Shown here piece after piece: positions 17,952 to 27,223 of a stretch of 64,000 nt of DNA. Within the stretch, counting starts at the first letter, position 1; every line of letters starts with the position of its first letter. The DNA comes from a virus. The notes beneath the pieces were generated by a model. That model saw nothing but the letters and a program-made list of their open reading frames with translations. It had not been told where the DNA came from and made no database searches. The position numbers and the translations under genes are program-made. The stretch is taken from IMG/VR virus record IMGVR_UViG_3300025451_000012, positions 9,671 through 73,670 of that record; one strand, written 5' to 3'.

Positions 17952-18485
17952 TTATTCTTTCTTTTTGCTTGCAGCTTTTACTACATATTTTTGATGATAG
18001 TTTTTCCATCCACTTAGATAATCTGTCCACTTGATCCAGCGATGCAGACCTTTCTTAGTTTGTACTAGAAAGCCCCATTCACGTTGTTGACGACCCATGA
18101 AGAACAATGTAGTAGCAGGTCCTACACTTTCATCTAGTTCAAGCCAGTGAAACTCATTTGCACTACGCTTGATGATAGAGCCCGGACCACGCCATGTTTG
18201 AAACTCTGCTAATTTTCTACCATCGTTGGCAAAGATAGGAGTGTGTTCCCAGTAACCACCTTTAAGGATAATCGTCATGTAGCCCCACGGGTGATCATGC
18301 ATGATTTGGTCATCACTGCGAACAATTTTGTGCAGTGTGACGTTGAAGGGGAACCAACTACGGTCCTTCAGGAACAGATAGTACCGATGTAGATAGTCTT
18401 CACCTGTCGCACGATCTGGAATCAATCGATATCGACCTAGTTTGTTCATAATGTTGTGAAAGAAACTCATAATACTCCTAGTCAA
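17952..18485 (-). CDS. cupin-domain protein
   Basis: HDHPWGYMTIILKGGYWEH resembles cupin metal-binding motif HxH..E..H. Confidence 0.45.
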   Translation of the reverse strand: MTRSIMSFFHNIMNKLGRYRLIPDRATGEDYLHRYYLFLKDRSWFPFNVTLHKIVRSDDQIMHDHPWGYMTIILKGGYWEHTPIFANDGRKLAEFQTWRGPGSIIKRSANEFHWLELDESVGPATTLFFMGRQQREWGFLVQTKKGLHRWIKWTDYLSGWKNYHQKYVVKAASKKKE

Positions 18486-18489
18486 TATC

Positions 18490-18522
18490 TAAAAATTTGT
18501 AATGGGCTTTAGGTGCCCATTG
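18490..18522 (-). terminator. intrinsic terminator (AATGGGC-TTTAGGT-GCCCATT, T-run on - strand)
   Basis: 7-bp stem; minus-strand transcript reads hairpin then ACAAATTTTTAG. Confidence 0.55.
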
Positions 18523-18536
18523 AACCTTATAGCAAA

Positions 18537-18797
18537 TTAAGCCTTTGCAAGTGCTTTGTAACCAGCAGCGACAACTTCGCGGCTAGGGGTACCCAAACGA
18601 TACTTAGTGTAAGTATCACCTAGTTTGTTGGTACGCTTATTAGCATAAATTGCCAAACCGACACGCAAGCGCAAGTCGCTTACAGTTGCAGTTGGATTAG
18701 CAAAACCAAAACGTTGGGTAATTTGCTTTGCAGTTAGTTCCTGCCCTTTTGTAAATGCCTCAACAAGGCGTTCGCTTTTAGTAGTCATAGTCATCAT
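18537..18797 (-). CDS. hypothetical basic protein
   Basis: ORF track. Confidence 0.5.
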   Translation of the reverse strand: MMTMTTKSERLVEAFTKGQELTAKQITQRFGFANPTATVSDLRLRVGLAIYANKRTNKLGDTYTKYRLGTPSREVVAAGYKALAKA

Positions 18798-18838
18798 AAA
18801 TTTCCTTTAATGTTTCGCTGTTCGTCACAGCGTGATAC

Positions 18839-18867
18839 TATTGTAACAGAACTTGATGTCCTGTACA
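18839..18867 (-). promoter_or_regulatory. promoter-like (TTGTAC-17-TACAAT) embedded in an imperfect inverted repeat ATTGTAacAG...CTgTACAAT
   Basis: sequence; possible operator. Confidence 0.35.
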
Positions 18868-18892
18868 ATAGTATTCGGTGAACAAAGTAAAC

Positions 18893-19735
18893 TTAGATGT
18901 CCAGAAACTTCAACTCAAAAATATCGGCATGTTCGTCATGACCTGCATAGCCTCGAGGGTTGCAAACCACACGAGTTTCACCAACTACATAGTCAAACGG
19001 ATCATGAGTGTGACCATGAGTCCACAATTTGATCTGAGGACGATCCATGATGAACTCGCTAAGGTCCGAGCGGTAACCACCGTTCATAAGGTCCTGACCG
19101 ACATAGCGTTCATGCGTACTCAGAGTAGTAGGAGCGTGGTGCCCAACAACTACAAACTTTTCATCATGCATACCTTCAACAATGTTTTTGATATAACTGA
19201 GACTATTCCTATGACGACTAACCGTATGAGCAGGACGTAGTTTAGTATATCCAGCTTCATCGTTACGGATGATGCGGAAGTCGTTCATCATGTCAGTCAA
19301 GGCATGAAGTGTCAATGGATCACCTTTGTTACAGTCGGTCCACAATGTACAACCAATGAACGTATGCTCACCGATAGTCTTGATATCGTTTTCCAAAAAG
19401 TAAACGTTAGGTAATTGACCGCATTGAAAGCGCAGGTCATCAATAGAACCCTTCCACTTACCGTGATAGAATTCGTGATTGCCTGCAACATAGATAACAT
19501 GCGGGAACTCAAAACTGCAACGCTTTAGGAAGTCACGGAATCGTACACTCATTAACATTTTGTGACCAAAGTCACGCATACCACCTGATGTGTATGGATC
19601 GGGTGCAGGATGGTCATGCAAATAGTCAGCGACCATAATGTCACCTGACAGAATAAGGACCTCTGCACCCTCTGTGTTCTTGAGGTTGATATCTTGAAAC
19701 TCTAAGTGCAGGTCACTGCATAATGCTATTTTCAT
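18893..19735 (-). CDS. calcineurin-like metallophosphoesterase
   Basis: motifs CSDLHLE, GDIMVADY, VAGNHEFY, GHTHD. Confidence 0.75.
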   Translation of the reverse strand: MKIALCSDLHLEFQDINLKNTEGAEVLILSGDIMVADYLHDHPAPDPYTSGGMRDFGHKMLMSVRFRDFLKRCSFEFPHVIYVAGNHEFYHGKWKGSIDDLRFQCGQLPNVYFLENDIKTIGEHTFIGCTLWTDCNKGDPLTLHALTDMMNDFRIIRNDEAGYTKLRPAHTVSRHRNSLSYIKNIVEGMHDEKFVVVGHHAPTTLSTHERYVGQDLMNGGYRSDLSEFIMDRPQIKLWTHGHTHDPFDYVVGETRVVCNPRGYAGHDEHADIFELKFLDI

Positions 19736-20055
19736 TTTGTTAACAATTCTATTAATTTCTTTTGGGTGATCACCTCGTGAACACCTTTAACTTCTTTTAC
19801 TACCATTTCAATCTCAACGATTTCCCAATCTGATATTTTGTGACTCTGATGTTGGTTTGACATAACACCTGTCAGGAATGTACGCAATTTACCAATCTTT
19901 TGAAAAACTCTTCCCATATTGTCATAGTGATTATAAGTTGGAGTACCACTCACAAACATCGCTGGGTTGTCTTTACTTCTAATCTTGTAATAAATCATGC
20001 TATCGCTACCAAATGCTTGCAAGCACCCCGAAACATATATCCGGGGCATGTACAT
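19732..20055 (-). CDS. hypothetical protein (true start may be internal ATG 19998)
   Basis: ORF track. Confidence 0.45.
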   Translation of the reverse strand: MYMPRIYVSGCLQAFGSDSMIYYKIRSKDNPAMFVSGTPTYNHYDNMGRVFQKIGKLRTFLTGVMSNQHQSHKISDWEIVEIEMVVKEVKGVHEVITQKKLIELLTK

Positions 20056-20327
20056 GTTTTTGCTTCTGTATCAATAGAGTAGACTGCACCTTTGCTACCG
20101 GACACTTTGATAACTGTATCTTTTTCTTTGATCACCTTGAAGGGATTAACTTTGACAGCTACAAACTTGCGACCACGCTTGTCAATTGTGATCGGGTTTT
20201 TAAAGTAGAAAGGAACTGTATCACCTCGCTTGACGTATGCAACCATCTTGCTACCATCAAACAAGTAAGTATGATTGCCTAGAACACTTTTGTCTGACCA
20301 TTCAGTCGTTTCTACTACTGCTTCCAT
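19995..20327 (-). CDS. SWIM zinc-finger protein
   Basis: C-terminal CTCPGYMFRGACKHLVA = CxCx(n)CxH SWIM pattern. Confidence 0.5.
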   Translation of the reverse strand: MEAVVETTEWSDKSVLGNHTYLFDGSKMVAYVKRGDTVPFYFKNPITIDKRGRKFVAVKVNPFKVIKEKDTVIKVSGSKGAVYSIDTEAKTCTCPGYMFRGACKHLVAIA

Positions 20328-20560
20328 TATGCTTCAACTCCAAAATGTTCTCGAATCTGTTCATCAACAAATTCAGCATCACCATAAGTTGATATATTCA
20401 TCACATGGTGCTTGGCAATGTCAGCACATTCCTTAACAATCAACTCGGCGAACTTTTCTTTATCAAAATTTTGCCACTGCCAAAGTTTGTCCAGGGTAGA
20501 AAACTGCTTATCATCGAGCCATCCAGCCTGTTCAGCAAGTTCTCGGATTCGTTCGTTCAT
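20327..20560 (-). CDS. small-protein paralog family member A (start refined to MNERIRELAEQ)
   Basis: shares N-terminal MNERI(R/K)ELAEQAG, central KFAELIV(K/R)EC and C-terminal (R/K)EHFGVE with 26998..27222 and 44780..45007. Confidence 0.5.
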   Translation of the reverse strand: MNERIRELAEQAGWLDDKQFSTLDKLWQWQNFDKEKFAELIVKECADIAKHHVMNISTYGDAEFVDEQIREHFGVEA

Positions 20561-20757
20561 ACCTTTGCCACCTGTTCTGGAAATTTCAAACATTCATCTG
20601 CCGAATATGACCAACACTTATCGGTCAATTGGATCTTTACTTTCTTTGGGGTGAACCCAATGATGACGCCCATTGACAGTGAATCTGTATAACCATTTTG
20701 GGGTATTAATACAATATTATCACCCACTGTTAACAATTTGCCAGTTACATCGTTCAT
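20557..20757 (-). CDS. hypothetical protein
   Basis: ORF track; ATGA coupling. Confidence 0.45.
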   Translation of the reverse strand: MNDVTGKLLTVGDNIVLIPQNGYTDSLSMGVIIGFTPKKVKIQLTDKCWSYSADECLKFPEQVAKV

Positions 20758-20933
20758 TTTTCAATCCTTACGCAACGCATTCTAACGGAGCCTGTTTTGC
20801 CTTGTGCGTCTTGGTCAAACGCAACAATAGCAGCTTCACATTTTTGCTGAGTAGAAAACTCCATAGTGGGCACAACGGTATGGACAAAGTGACCGTTAGA
20901 AACTAATGCGATTAATACCCAAACTGTGTTCAT
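20754..20933 (-). CDS. small ORF (59 aa) not in track
   Basis: own translation MNTVWVLIALVSNGHFVHTVVPTMEFSTQQKCEAAIVAFDQDAQGKTGSVRMRCVRIEK; ATGA overlaps at both ends. Confidence 0.3.
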   Translation of the reverse strand: MNTVWVLIALVSNGHFVHTVVPTMEFSTQQKCEAAIVAFDQDAQGKTGSVRMRCVRIEK

Positions 20934-21094
20934 TCTTCAACTCCATACTTAGCAAGTTCTTCAAAGGTGTCGATAGTGCCGTCTTCAATCAATGCAATGA
21001 GACAATCAAACTCGTCACGCTCACTGGAGTCATACACTTCGTCTTCCTTGAGATATGCAAGGGCTAGTAGCTGTTCCGTAATACTATTGTTCAT
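20930..21094 (-). CDS. small acidic ORF (54 aa) not in track
   Basis: own translation MNNSITEQLLALAYLKEDEVYDSSERDEFDCLIALIEDGTIDTFEELAKYGVEE; TAATG coupling. Confidence 0.3.
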   Translation of the reverse strand: MNNSITEQLLALAYLKEDEVYDSSERDEFDCLIALIEDGTIDTFEELAKYGVEE

Positions 21095-21519
21095 TATGCA
21101 GCCGCCATTTCTTTAGCAAGAGCCTCGCTCAACACGGTCCACTCTGCACCTTCACTCACGAACCAGACACCGTCTTTCATCACGTAGAAATATTCAGCGT
21201 CAATGCCCTCAAACAACTCTTGGTCATTGAAAAATGTTTTGAACTCGATACCAGTCTCACCGCGATCACGACCATAGAAACGACATTGTTTAGCAATGTT
21301 GTCACCTTCGTAAACCATGCGGTCGTTGAAGTCAATTTTCTCGCCGATTTCTTTGCCCAACACGCTCATGTCACCCATTGCAACCAAGAAGTTAGCCTTG
21401 GACGAATCATAGTTAGCAAGCAGGACCTTGCCATTGTAGCTCAAGTAGCCGTCAGAATGACAGTAAATTGCTTTACACACATCACCATGCATCACACCAA
21501 TTGCTGAACGAGTAGACAT
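21094..21519 (-). CDS. hypothetical protein
   Basis: ORF track; early promoter 30 nt upstream. Confidence 0.55.
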   Translation of the reverse strand: MSTRSAIGVMHGDVCKAIYCHSDGYLSYNGKVLLANYDSSKANFLVAMGDMSVLGKEIGEKIDFNDRMVYEGDNIAKQCRFYGRDRGETGIEFKTFFNDQELFEGIDAEYFYVMKDGVWFVSEGAEWTVLSEALAKEMAAA

Positions 21520-21549
21520 TTTGATTTCCTTTTGACTGTTTAAGATTCT

Positions 21550-21578
21550 ATTATATCACCAAAACCATTTAATGTCAA
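21550..21578 (-). promoter_or_regulatory. early promoter (TTGACA-17-TATAAT, - strand) with conserved leader
   Basis: plus strand ATTATA..TGTCAA. Confidence 0.7.
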
Positions 21579-21820
21579 GCCATAGTCAACTGAATTGCCA
21601 AATCTTCCCAAGTTCCAGCGATACCGCATGCACATTGGTCAGCGATTCCATCTCCGGAGCGGGTGAATTCTAGTGCATCAAGCGCCTTTTGAGTAGCAGC
21701 ATTGCACTTGTAAAAGTCACCGACATTATTGCGAATCTGTTTAGCGGTAGAATAGAAACATGCTGGACCAACGATAACACGAAACTTCTGGGTCTGTTTG
21801 AAACGCTTGATAACTAACAT
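21575..21820 (-). CDS. hypothetical Cys-containing small protein
   Basis: ORF track. Confidence 0.5.
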   Translation of the reverse strand: MLVIKRFKQTQKFRVIVGPACFYSTAKQIRNNVGDFYKCNAATQKALDALEFTRSGDGIADQCACGIAGTWEDLAIQLTMA

Positions 21821-21852
21821 TTTGAGTCCTTTTCTTTACTGTCTAAGATTCT

Positions 21853-21881
21853 ATTATATACCCAAAACCATTTAATGTCAA
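21853..21881 (-). promoter_or_regulatory. early promoter (- strand)
   Basis: ATTATA-17-TGTCAA on plus. Confidence 0.65.
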
Positions 21882-22177
21882 GCGATTTCTGCGAGGATCC
21901 GATTGTAAACATCGGCCTTTGCCATGTAGTATTCGTAATCACGTTCGCCGGGACGAAAGTTTTTCCATTGATTCTGACCTGCATAGGACAGGATATCTTG
22001 TTCCAAAGTACCATCAGAATAGTTGGAGATGAAACCGTACATGTCATAGTGTGCAATGAAACCACTGCACAGATACAAAAAGTTGTAACCAGTCTTGTTC
22101 AGGTTATCAATGTTTTTCACTGCCTTGACCACGTTATTGACAATGAGAGTTTTTTGACGTTCTGTGAGTGCTTGCAT
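21878..22177 (-). CDS. hypothetical protein
   Basis: ORF track. Confidence 0.5.
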   Translation of the reverse strand: MQALTERQKTLIVNNVVKAVKNIDNLNKTGYNFLYLCSGFIAHYDMYGFISNYSDGTLEQDILSYAGQNQWKNFRPGERDYEYYMAKADVYNRILAEIA

Positions 22178-22210
22178 TTTCGTGTCCTTTAATTAACTGT
22201 CTATGTATGT

Positions 22211-22239
22211 ATTATATACCCAAAACCATTTAATGTCAA
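22211..22239 (-). promoter_or_regulatory. early promoter (- strand)
   Basis: ATTATA-17-TGTCAA. Confidence 0.65.
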
Positions 22240-22454
22240 GCCTTGAGAATGTCAGTGATCCGTTTGTGGATCATGTCCATTTCACTTTGTTCCAGATAGA
22301 AGTCGGTAGTAGGATCGTAGTACTGACCTTCTTTGTTGTCATAATACAACACTCGTCCCGAGAAGTTGAACGGGCCCTCAAGACCTTTGCGAGGACCGTA
22401 CTTTGTACGCATCATGTCCATTGTGTCTTTGTCTGCAACGATCTTGTAACCCAT
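22236..22454 (-). CDS. hypothetical protein
   Basis: ORF track. Confidence 0.5.
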   Translation of the reverse strand: MGYKIVADKDTMDMMRTKYGPRKGLEGPFNFSGRVLYYDNKEGQYYDPTTDFYLEQSEMDMIHKRITDILKA

Positions 22455-22484
22455 CTTGAACTCCTCTTGACTGTTTAAGATTCT

Positions 22485-22513
22485 ATTATATCACCAAACC
22501 CATTTAACGTCAA
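22485..22513 (-). promoter_or_regulatory. early promoter (TTGACG-17-TATAAT, - strand)
   Basis: ATTATA-17-CGTCAA. Confidence 0.6.
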
Positions 22514-23046
22514 ATATTGGTTACCTTCATTTTTGCTTTGGTATAGAAGATGTGCTGACCAATCTGTTGTATTTTTGCAACAGGATCACGCCACTTTGGA
22601 CTGACGTATTCAGCATGGTAGAACATTGCGTCCTTAAGAGGTGTAACCCGATCTCCGTGCAATACTCGGTGAGCGACCCATTGACTATCAGCCCACGCCG
22701 TGCCACTAGGTTTCTCTAACTTCTTTTTCAATGTCCAGGAAAACTGACTTTTTGCATGGACTACGCTGCAAACGCTGTTACCCCATTTACCGGATTTCAA
22801 TCGGTTGAGTGTAACTTGTGCGACTGCATATTTGCCTTTTTCACTTTCAATGCCAGCTTCGTAGTAAACATTTTTAGCTAAACAATCTTGGTCTTTTTCA
22901 GTGAATGCAACCTGCTCATTCGTTTGAGTAATGAATGCTTGTTTAATTTCAGCTACATCCTGTGAAATTGTTGCCAGTTGATATTGTTGAACTCCAAGTA
23001 CCGCGACCAGTGCAGTACAAGTGACGCCGATTAGGACTTTGCTCAT
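22510..23046 (-). CDS. secreted SleB-like cell-wall hydrolase (Hydrolase_2 family) with signal peptide
   Basis: N-terminal hydrophobic leader; NVYYEAG, VAQVTLNRL, HAKSQFSW, FYHA motifs. Confidence 0.6.
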   Translation of the reverse strand: MSKVLIGVTCTALVAVLGVQQYQLATISQDVAEIKQAFITQTNEQVAFTEKDQDCLAKNVYYEAGIESEKGKYAVAQVTLNRLKSGKWGNSVCSVVHAKSQFSWTLKKKLEKPSGTAWADSQWVAHRVLHGDRVTPLKDAMFYHAEYVSPKWRDPVAKIQQIGQHIFYTKAKMKVTNI

Positions 23047-23078
23047 TAACCATCTCCAGTGTGTCTGTGTAAAGATAC

Positions 23079-23107
23079 ATTATACACCCAAATTGATTAA
23101 ATGTCAA
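23079..23107 (-). promoter_or_regulatory. early promoter (- strand)
   Basis: ATTATA-17-TGTCAA. Confidence 0.6.
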
Positions 23108-23136
23108 CCAAAAAAAAGAGTACCGAAGTACTCTTT
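23108..23136 (-). terminator. intrinsic terminator (AGAGTAC-CGAA-GTACTCT with A8 upstream on plus = U-run on - strand); identical hairpin recurs at 29030..29060
   Basis: sequence. Confidence 0.65.
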
Positions 23137-23151
23137 CCTATATGCTACCGA

Positions 23152-24243
23152 TCAGAATGCATCCATGTAGCTGTAAGTCTTTTCTTTGACTTTGGTCAAA
23201 GTCACTGATTCACCTTCTTTGTTCATGAAGATGAATGTACCAGATTGTGGATCAATCTTTTGCAAGTCAGCTGGAACAAAGTGTGCTTCTTCCCAATCGT
23301 AGTTATTATCAGCATCATCCTCGTCATCAGTGGGGTCAGGTGGAAGCATACGCTTGTAGCCGATTTCAATTTCAGCTTGCAAAGGATTACCTTTCCATTC
23401 TTTGTTATTGAGCTTGTCGGGTTCAACTGGCACACCCTTGATTGTCAACGACACATTGTATTTGTTACCACTGTCAAACTCTGGCTTGACGTTAAGCATA
23501 CGCAATGCAGCTTCTGGAGGTTCGTTGTAACGATTCATTTCTTCAACCAATGCCTTAAGCATATCAAAGTTGAATTGGCTGAACAAACTTGTGATAGCAC
23601 AGATACGTTCAATATGGCTCTTGTCGTTCAAGTTGTCATTACAGTATTCAATGATGAAATCCTGTGTCAAACCCTTGTAGTCCAGCATGTAGAAAATACG
23701 ACCAGGACGATTACGCATGTGACTGTCAACCCGCCATTTGTCGTTACATGTAATCACAAACAATTTCTTGCTTGGGAACACACCATCCAACAATGTCAAC
23801 ATTGCTTCTTGGTCATCAGAACTGTAGACTTTTTCAAACTCGTCAAACAACACCATACAAGGTTGCTCAATAGATTGAATAAGTTGATTGAACTTATCAC
23901 CAGTCCACGGCTGATTGATAACAATAGTTGGGATACCCATCGTAGCAGTTTGGATACTCAATGCTTTGGCAAGCAAACTTTTACCAGAACCTTTTTCACC
24001 AGTCAGCATTACGCCAGTGCTAGCTGCACGTGACATGAAGGTACTGATGATACGGTCAGTGTTACTGTCCAGATCGCCGTAACGCTTGCCCTTAATCTCA
24101 AAGGACTCAATCTGTTCTAGGAACAGATTACCCATCATATCTGCTTTGATGGTGTAATTGCCGGCGGGCAAATAGTCATGCAAGTCCATTGCCTCTTTTG
24201 AAGACACTCGGAACGTGTTACCAGATTTCAGAAAATAGCTCAT
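23152..24243 (-). CDS. AAA+ family ATPase
   Basis: Walker A GEKGSGKSLLAKAL, Walker B VLFDEFE; acidic C-terminal region. Confidence 0.7.
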   Translation of the reverse strand: MSYFLKSGNTFRVSSKEAMDLHDYLPAGNYTIKADMMGNLFLEQIESFEIKGKRYGDLDSNTDRIISTFMSRAASTGVMLTGEKGSGKSLLAKALSIQTATMGIPTIVINQPWTGDKFNQLIQSIEQPCMVLFDEFEKVYSSDDQEAMLTLLDGVFPSKKLFVITCNDKWRVDSHMRNRPGRIFYMLDYKGLTQDFIIEYCNDNLNDKSHIERICAITSLFSQFNFDMLKALVEEMNRYNEPPEAALRMLNVKPEFDSGNKYNVSLTIKGVPVEPDKLNNKEWKGNPLQAEIEIGYKRMLPPDPTDDEDDADNNYDWEEAHFVPADLQKIDPQSGTFIFMNKEGESVTLTKVKEKTYSYMDAF

Positions 24244-24284
24244 TTTAAATTCTCTATTGTGTGTTAATGTGTGTACAGTATACT

Positions 24285-24320
24285 ATAAAAATGAGGGCTT
24301 GTCAAGGCCCTCATTGTTTT
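24285..24320 (-). terminator. intrinsic terminator (ATGAGGGC-TTGTCAAG-GCCCTCAT) downstream of NadV
   Basis: 8-bp stem; A/T runs both sides. Confidence 0.6.
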
Positions 24321-25752
24321 ATTTACGAGCGTTTGCCCGAACTTCTTCAAAGGTGATTTCTTTTACAAGAGCACCATCACGGTAGACTTCTTCAAGAACC
24401 TCAGTCCAAACCGTACCTTTATCAGTCCATCCCATTGGCATAGTAACCGATGATTGATATTCGCCACCTGATTCCCAAAGTGTAACACGACCACGCTTGC
24501 TACGCTTGCCACTGTCAGTGACGGGGTCTTTGTACACATCGCGCCAGGTAAGTTTCCATCCTGACCCTTGATCACCGTCTTCTACCCATTCACGAATACC
24601 AACTGCACTGCACTTCATTGCCCACTGCATTGTGTCACGGTTTACTTGTTGCAGCAATGCACCACCTTGACCGAACGCCACGTTGTCTGCTGAGAACCCT
24701 GCGATTTCCATACAGAACAAAATGCTGTGGATGCTAGCGTGATTGATACCATCACCCTGAAGGATACGCACTGCTGGGTTTAGTACACGGTAGCCTTTAG
24801 CATTAGTAGTAGAACCAAAATGTTTTTCAAGAATGTACAAACACTTTACAACCACATCACTGGGGTTACCCGAGTCTGGGCGGACGACCAAAGTTGCGCC
24901 ACTGTCAAGGACGTCTTGTTTGAGTACGGTGCCCCAGAGTTCGCAGGCTTGGTAAATGTCGTAGCTGTCCGAGACTGCTGCAAAGATGCCACCTTGCTTG
25001 GCATTTTGTTTGACCATGTTGCGGTATGCGTCAACTTCATTTTCTTTTCCCCATGATGTTACTGTAGAGTGCTCCATAGCTGGGATACTAAATCCAGCGA
25101 TATCAGCATTGTAATACTCCCGAGCAACAAGTAAAGCGGATACAGTGTCCGACCCCATAAAATTAATGAGGTGGGCTGCTCCGCCGAGTCCCGCTGACTC
25201 CATAGAAGAAACACCGCGAGAGCCAAAGTCATGCAACTTAAAATCGATAAGAGTAGGGTCACCTGTTTTCTCCAATGCAGCAAGGATAATTTTTTTAGAT
25301 TCGTAGCTATTAGTTGCTACAGTAGTAGGATACCAAATTGCGCGGAGCAATGCAGTTTCTAGGAAACTTGTAAGCCAGAAGCATTTTGGATCGGTGTTTT
25401 CGATAGTAGCCAACACATTTTTTGTGGGGATGATAAGTCCCTCTGGGGCGCTCTTGATAACGACGGGGAGTCGTCCACCATGGGCTTCCAAGATATAGTC
25501 CCAACCCGCTCGATTGAACGGTTCGCCGTGCGCTGTGATAATGGCTTCTGCAACATCAATGTCTTCCTTTGTAATTGGGGTGGTGAGATACTCTTTAATA
25601 AATGCTTGCAGTCCAAAATAGACTGTATCGTTCCATTGTCCGCCGCGCGATTCAATGTAAGAGTAAACATACTCAGTACCTGCTGGATACTGGTTGAATT
25701 GACTGTATTTGTAGCTATCCGAATTGAGGATAATGTTTTTTGCGAGTTTCAT
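24319..25752 (-). CDS. nadV: nicotinamide phosphoribosyltransferase
   Basis: 477 aa; family-wide conserved segments (FGSRGVSSMESAGLGGAAHLINFMGSDT etc.). Confidence 0.9.
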   Translation of the reverse strand: MKLAKNIILNSDSYKYSQFNQYPAGTEYVYSYIESRGGQWNDTVYFGLQAFIKEYLTTPITKEDIDVAEAIITAHGEPFNRAGWDYILEAHGGRLPVVIKSAPEGLIIPTKNVLATIENTDPKCFWLTSFLETALLRAIWYPTTVATNSYESKKIILAALEKTGDPTLIDFKLHDFGSRGVSSMESAGLGGAAHLINFMGSDTVSALLVAREYYNADIAGFSIPAMEHSTVTSWGKENEVDAYRNMVKQNAKQGGIFAAVSDSYDIYQACELWGTVLKQDVLDSGATLVVRPDSGNPSDVVVKCLYILEKHFGSTTNAKGYRVLNPAVRILQGDGINHASIHSILFCMEIAGFSADNVAFGQGGALLQQVNRDTMQWAMKCSAVGIREWVEDGDQGSGWKLTWRDVYKDPVTDSGKRSKRGRVTLWESGGEYQSSVTMPMGWTDKGTVWTEVLEEVYRDGALVKEITFEEVRANARK

Positions 25753-25808
25753 AATAAAGTTCCTTTATTTTCTAAATTGCCTAGAGTCTATCTCTAGGAC
25801 TTAATAAC

Positions 25809-25837
25809 AGTATAACATAAAACCATTTTTATGTCAA
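25809..25837 (-). promoter_or_regulatory. early promoter (TTGACA-17-TATACT, - strand)
   Basis: sequence. Confidence 0.55.
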
Positions 25838-25841
25838 CCTT

Positions 25842-26072
25842 TTACAACCACTTTAGGGCAAATATCATTGCGTCCTTGTGTTTAGTAAATCTAAAGTTAG
25901 CAGCTTGAAAACTTTCTTGTTGTTTCCAACCTGCTTGTGCATTCTTATTGCACCAAACTTTCAGTGTGTATAGATGATCATCCCATTCAAAATATCGCAT
26001 GTTGTTAGGTTGTTTCAACACGATTGTATGTGGATGATTTCGTTCTGATTGCCGACGTTGCTTGCTGTTCAT
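25842..26072 (-). CDS. hypothetical basic protein
   Basis: ORF track. Confidence 0.45.
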   Translation of the reverse strand: MNSKQRRQSERNHPHTIVLKQPNNMRYFEWDDHLYTLKVWCNKNAQAGWKQQESFQAANFRFTKHKDAMIFALKWL

Positions 26073-26671
26073 GCAAATTCTACTAGGGTAACGGAGCCAC
26101 CTTTGGCAGCAACACCGTATGCAAATGCTTCAATCATACTAATGATAGCATCCTTATCACCACCTGCAAGTCCCATGCCAATGTAGGGTAAGCCGATTCG
26201 CTTGTCACCATACACATGAATGAGTTTTAGCAAAATCAATTCAAATGCCACATACTCAAAAACATCTGTACCTTGACTCATATTGTATTGAGTGTAGGCG
26301 TTGATGATAGTGAATTTACCAGAATCAAACTCTGTCCAATTGCCTAACTTCATATGTTCGCCACGTTCGGTTAGTCGGTCAATTTCTTGACACATGGGAT
26401 AGCGTTCTGCAATCTCTCGGGCAATGCCGCCGCCCATTGTGTTAAAGCAGTTACAGCCCTGCACAATAATATCAAACTCACCTGCTTCTGCTAGGTCAAG
26501 TAGGTTACCTTTTGTATGTTTTAGTTTATCGATATTCATTGGAAAGTCAATTGGGTTATCTGTGTTTGTATAGTGTGGAAATATAATTCCGGCTTCTGCC
26601 GCCATTTTTAGTTTGTCTGCTACTGTAACAATTGTTTCATTTGCCATCATTCGACCTCTCCGGTACTTCAC
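26069..26671 (-). CDS. macro-domain protein (ADP-ribose binding/hydrolase)
   Basis: FDIIVQGCNCFNTMGGGIAREIAERYP resembles macro-domain N..GGGV..AI motif. Confidence 0.65.
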   Translation of the reverse strand: MKYRRGRMMANETIVTVADKLKMAAEAGIIFPHYTNTDNPIDFPMNIDKLKHTKGNLLDLAEAGEFDIIVQGCNCFNTMGGGIAREIAERYPMCQEIDRLTERGEHMKLGNWTEFDSGKFTIINAYTQYNMSQGTDVFEYVAFELILLKLIHVYGDKRIGLPYIGMGLAGGDKDAIISMIEAFAYGVAAKGGSVTLVEFA

Positions 26672-26849
26672 TTAGTATATCTTCACACGATTGCAAACCT
26701 CGTTCCCATCGTGCCATCTGTTCACGGAATTCAGCAATGTTTGCACGATTGTGGAACAAGTCTCCGCTCCAAATTGCAGCGTCAATCTCGTCCATTGGTC
26801 CGTTTTCTAAACGATTGTAATGTTGTGTTGTCATTTTGCTGGAATCCAC
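26637..26849 (-). CDS. hypothetical protein
   Basis: ORF track. Confidence 0.4.
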   Translation of the reverse strand: MDSSKMTTQHYNRLENGPMDEIDAAIWSGDLFHNRANIAEFREQMARWERGLQSCEDILSEVPERSNDGK

Positions 26850-26997
26850 TGTACTGTTACACGAAAGCTACCTTGCATGATACCGTTGTCATCTTGCGGA
26901 ATATCAAAATCGTCAATCAATGAATCAGAAAAGAATTCATTAACATCACGATCCATATCTACAACGGATTCACCAATATACTCTTTATCAAATATAA

Positions 26998-27222
26998 TCA
27001 TTCTTCAACTCCGAAATGTTCTTTAATCTCTTGTGCAGTTCCTTTAAGAGTAACGCACCATTCGTCACCACTGTCTTCTGTAGGTTCAACAATGCTCAAA
27101 CATTCCCGAACAATCAACTCGGCGAACTTTTCTAATTCATTGTTACGAAATACAAGCCCGCTAATGCCTGCCCTTCGGCCAGCGCCAGCCTGTTCAGCAA
27201 GTTCTTTAATTCGTTCGTTCAT
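26998..27222 (-). CDS. small-protein paralog family member B (start refined to MNERIKELAEQ abutting upstream stop)
   Basis: see 20327..20560. Confidence 0.5.
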   Translation of the reverse strand: MNERIKELAEQAGAGRRAGISGLVFRNNELEKFAELIVRECLSIVEPTEDSGDEWCVTLKGTAQEIKEHFGVEE

Positions 27223-27223
27223 A

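Noticed and set aside
18878-19240. Plus-strand 120-aa ORF opposite the metallophosphoesterase gene
   Set aside because: It is antisense to a gene with four conserved phosphoesterase motifs, and its start lies in the promoter/operator palindrome.
23245-24033. Plus-strand 262-aa ORF antisense to the AAA ATPase
   Set aside because: It is a shadow frame rich in Cys, His, Phe and Trp, lies wholly within a well-supported minus gene, and has no start context.
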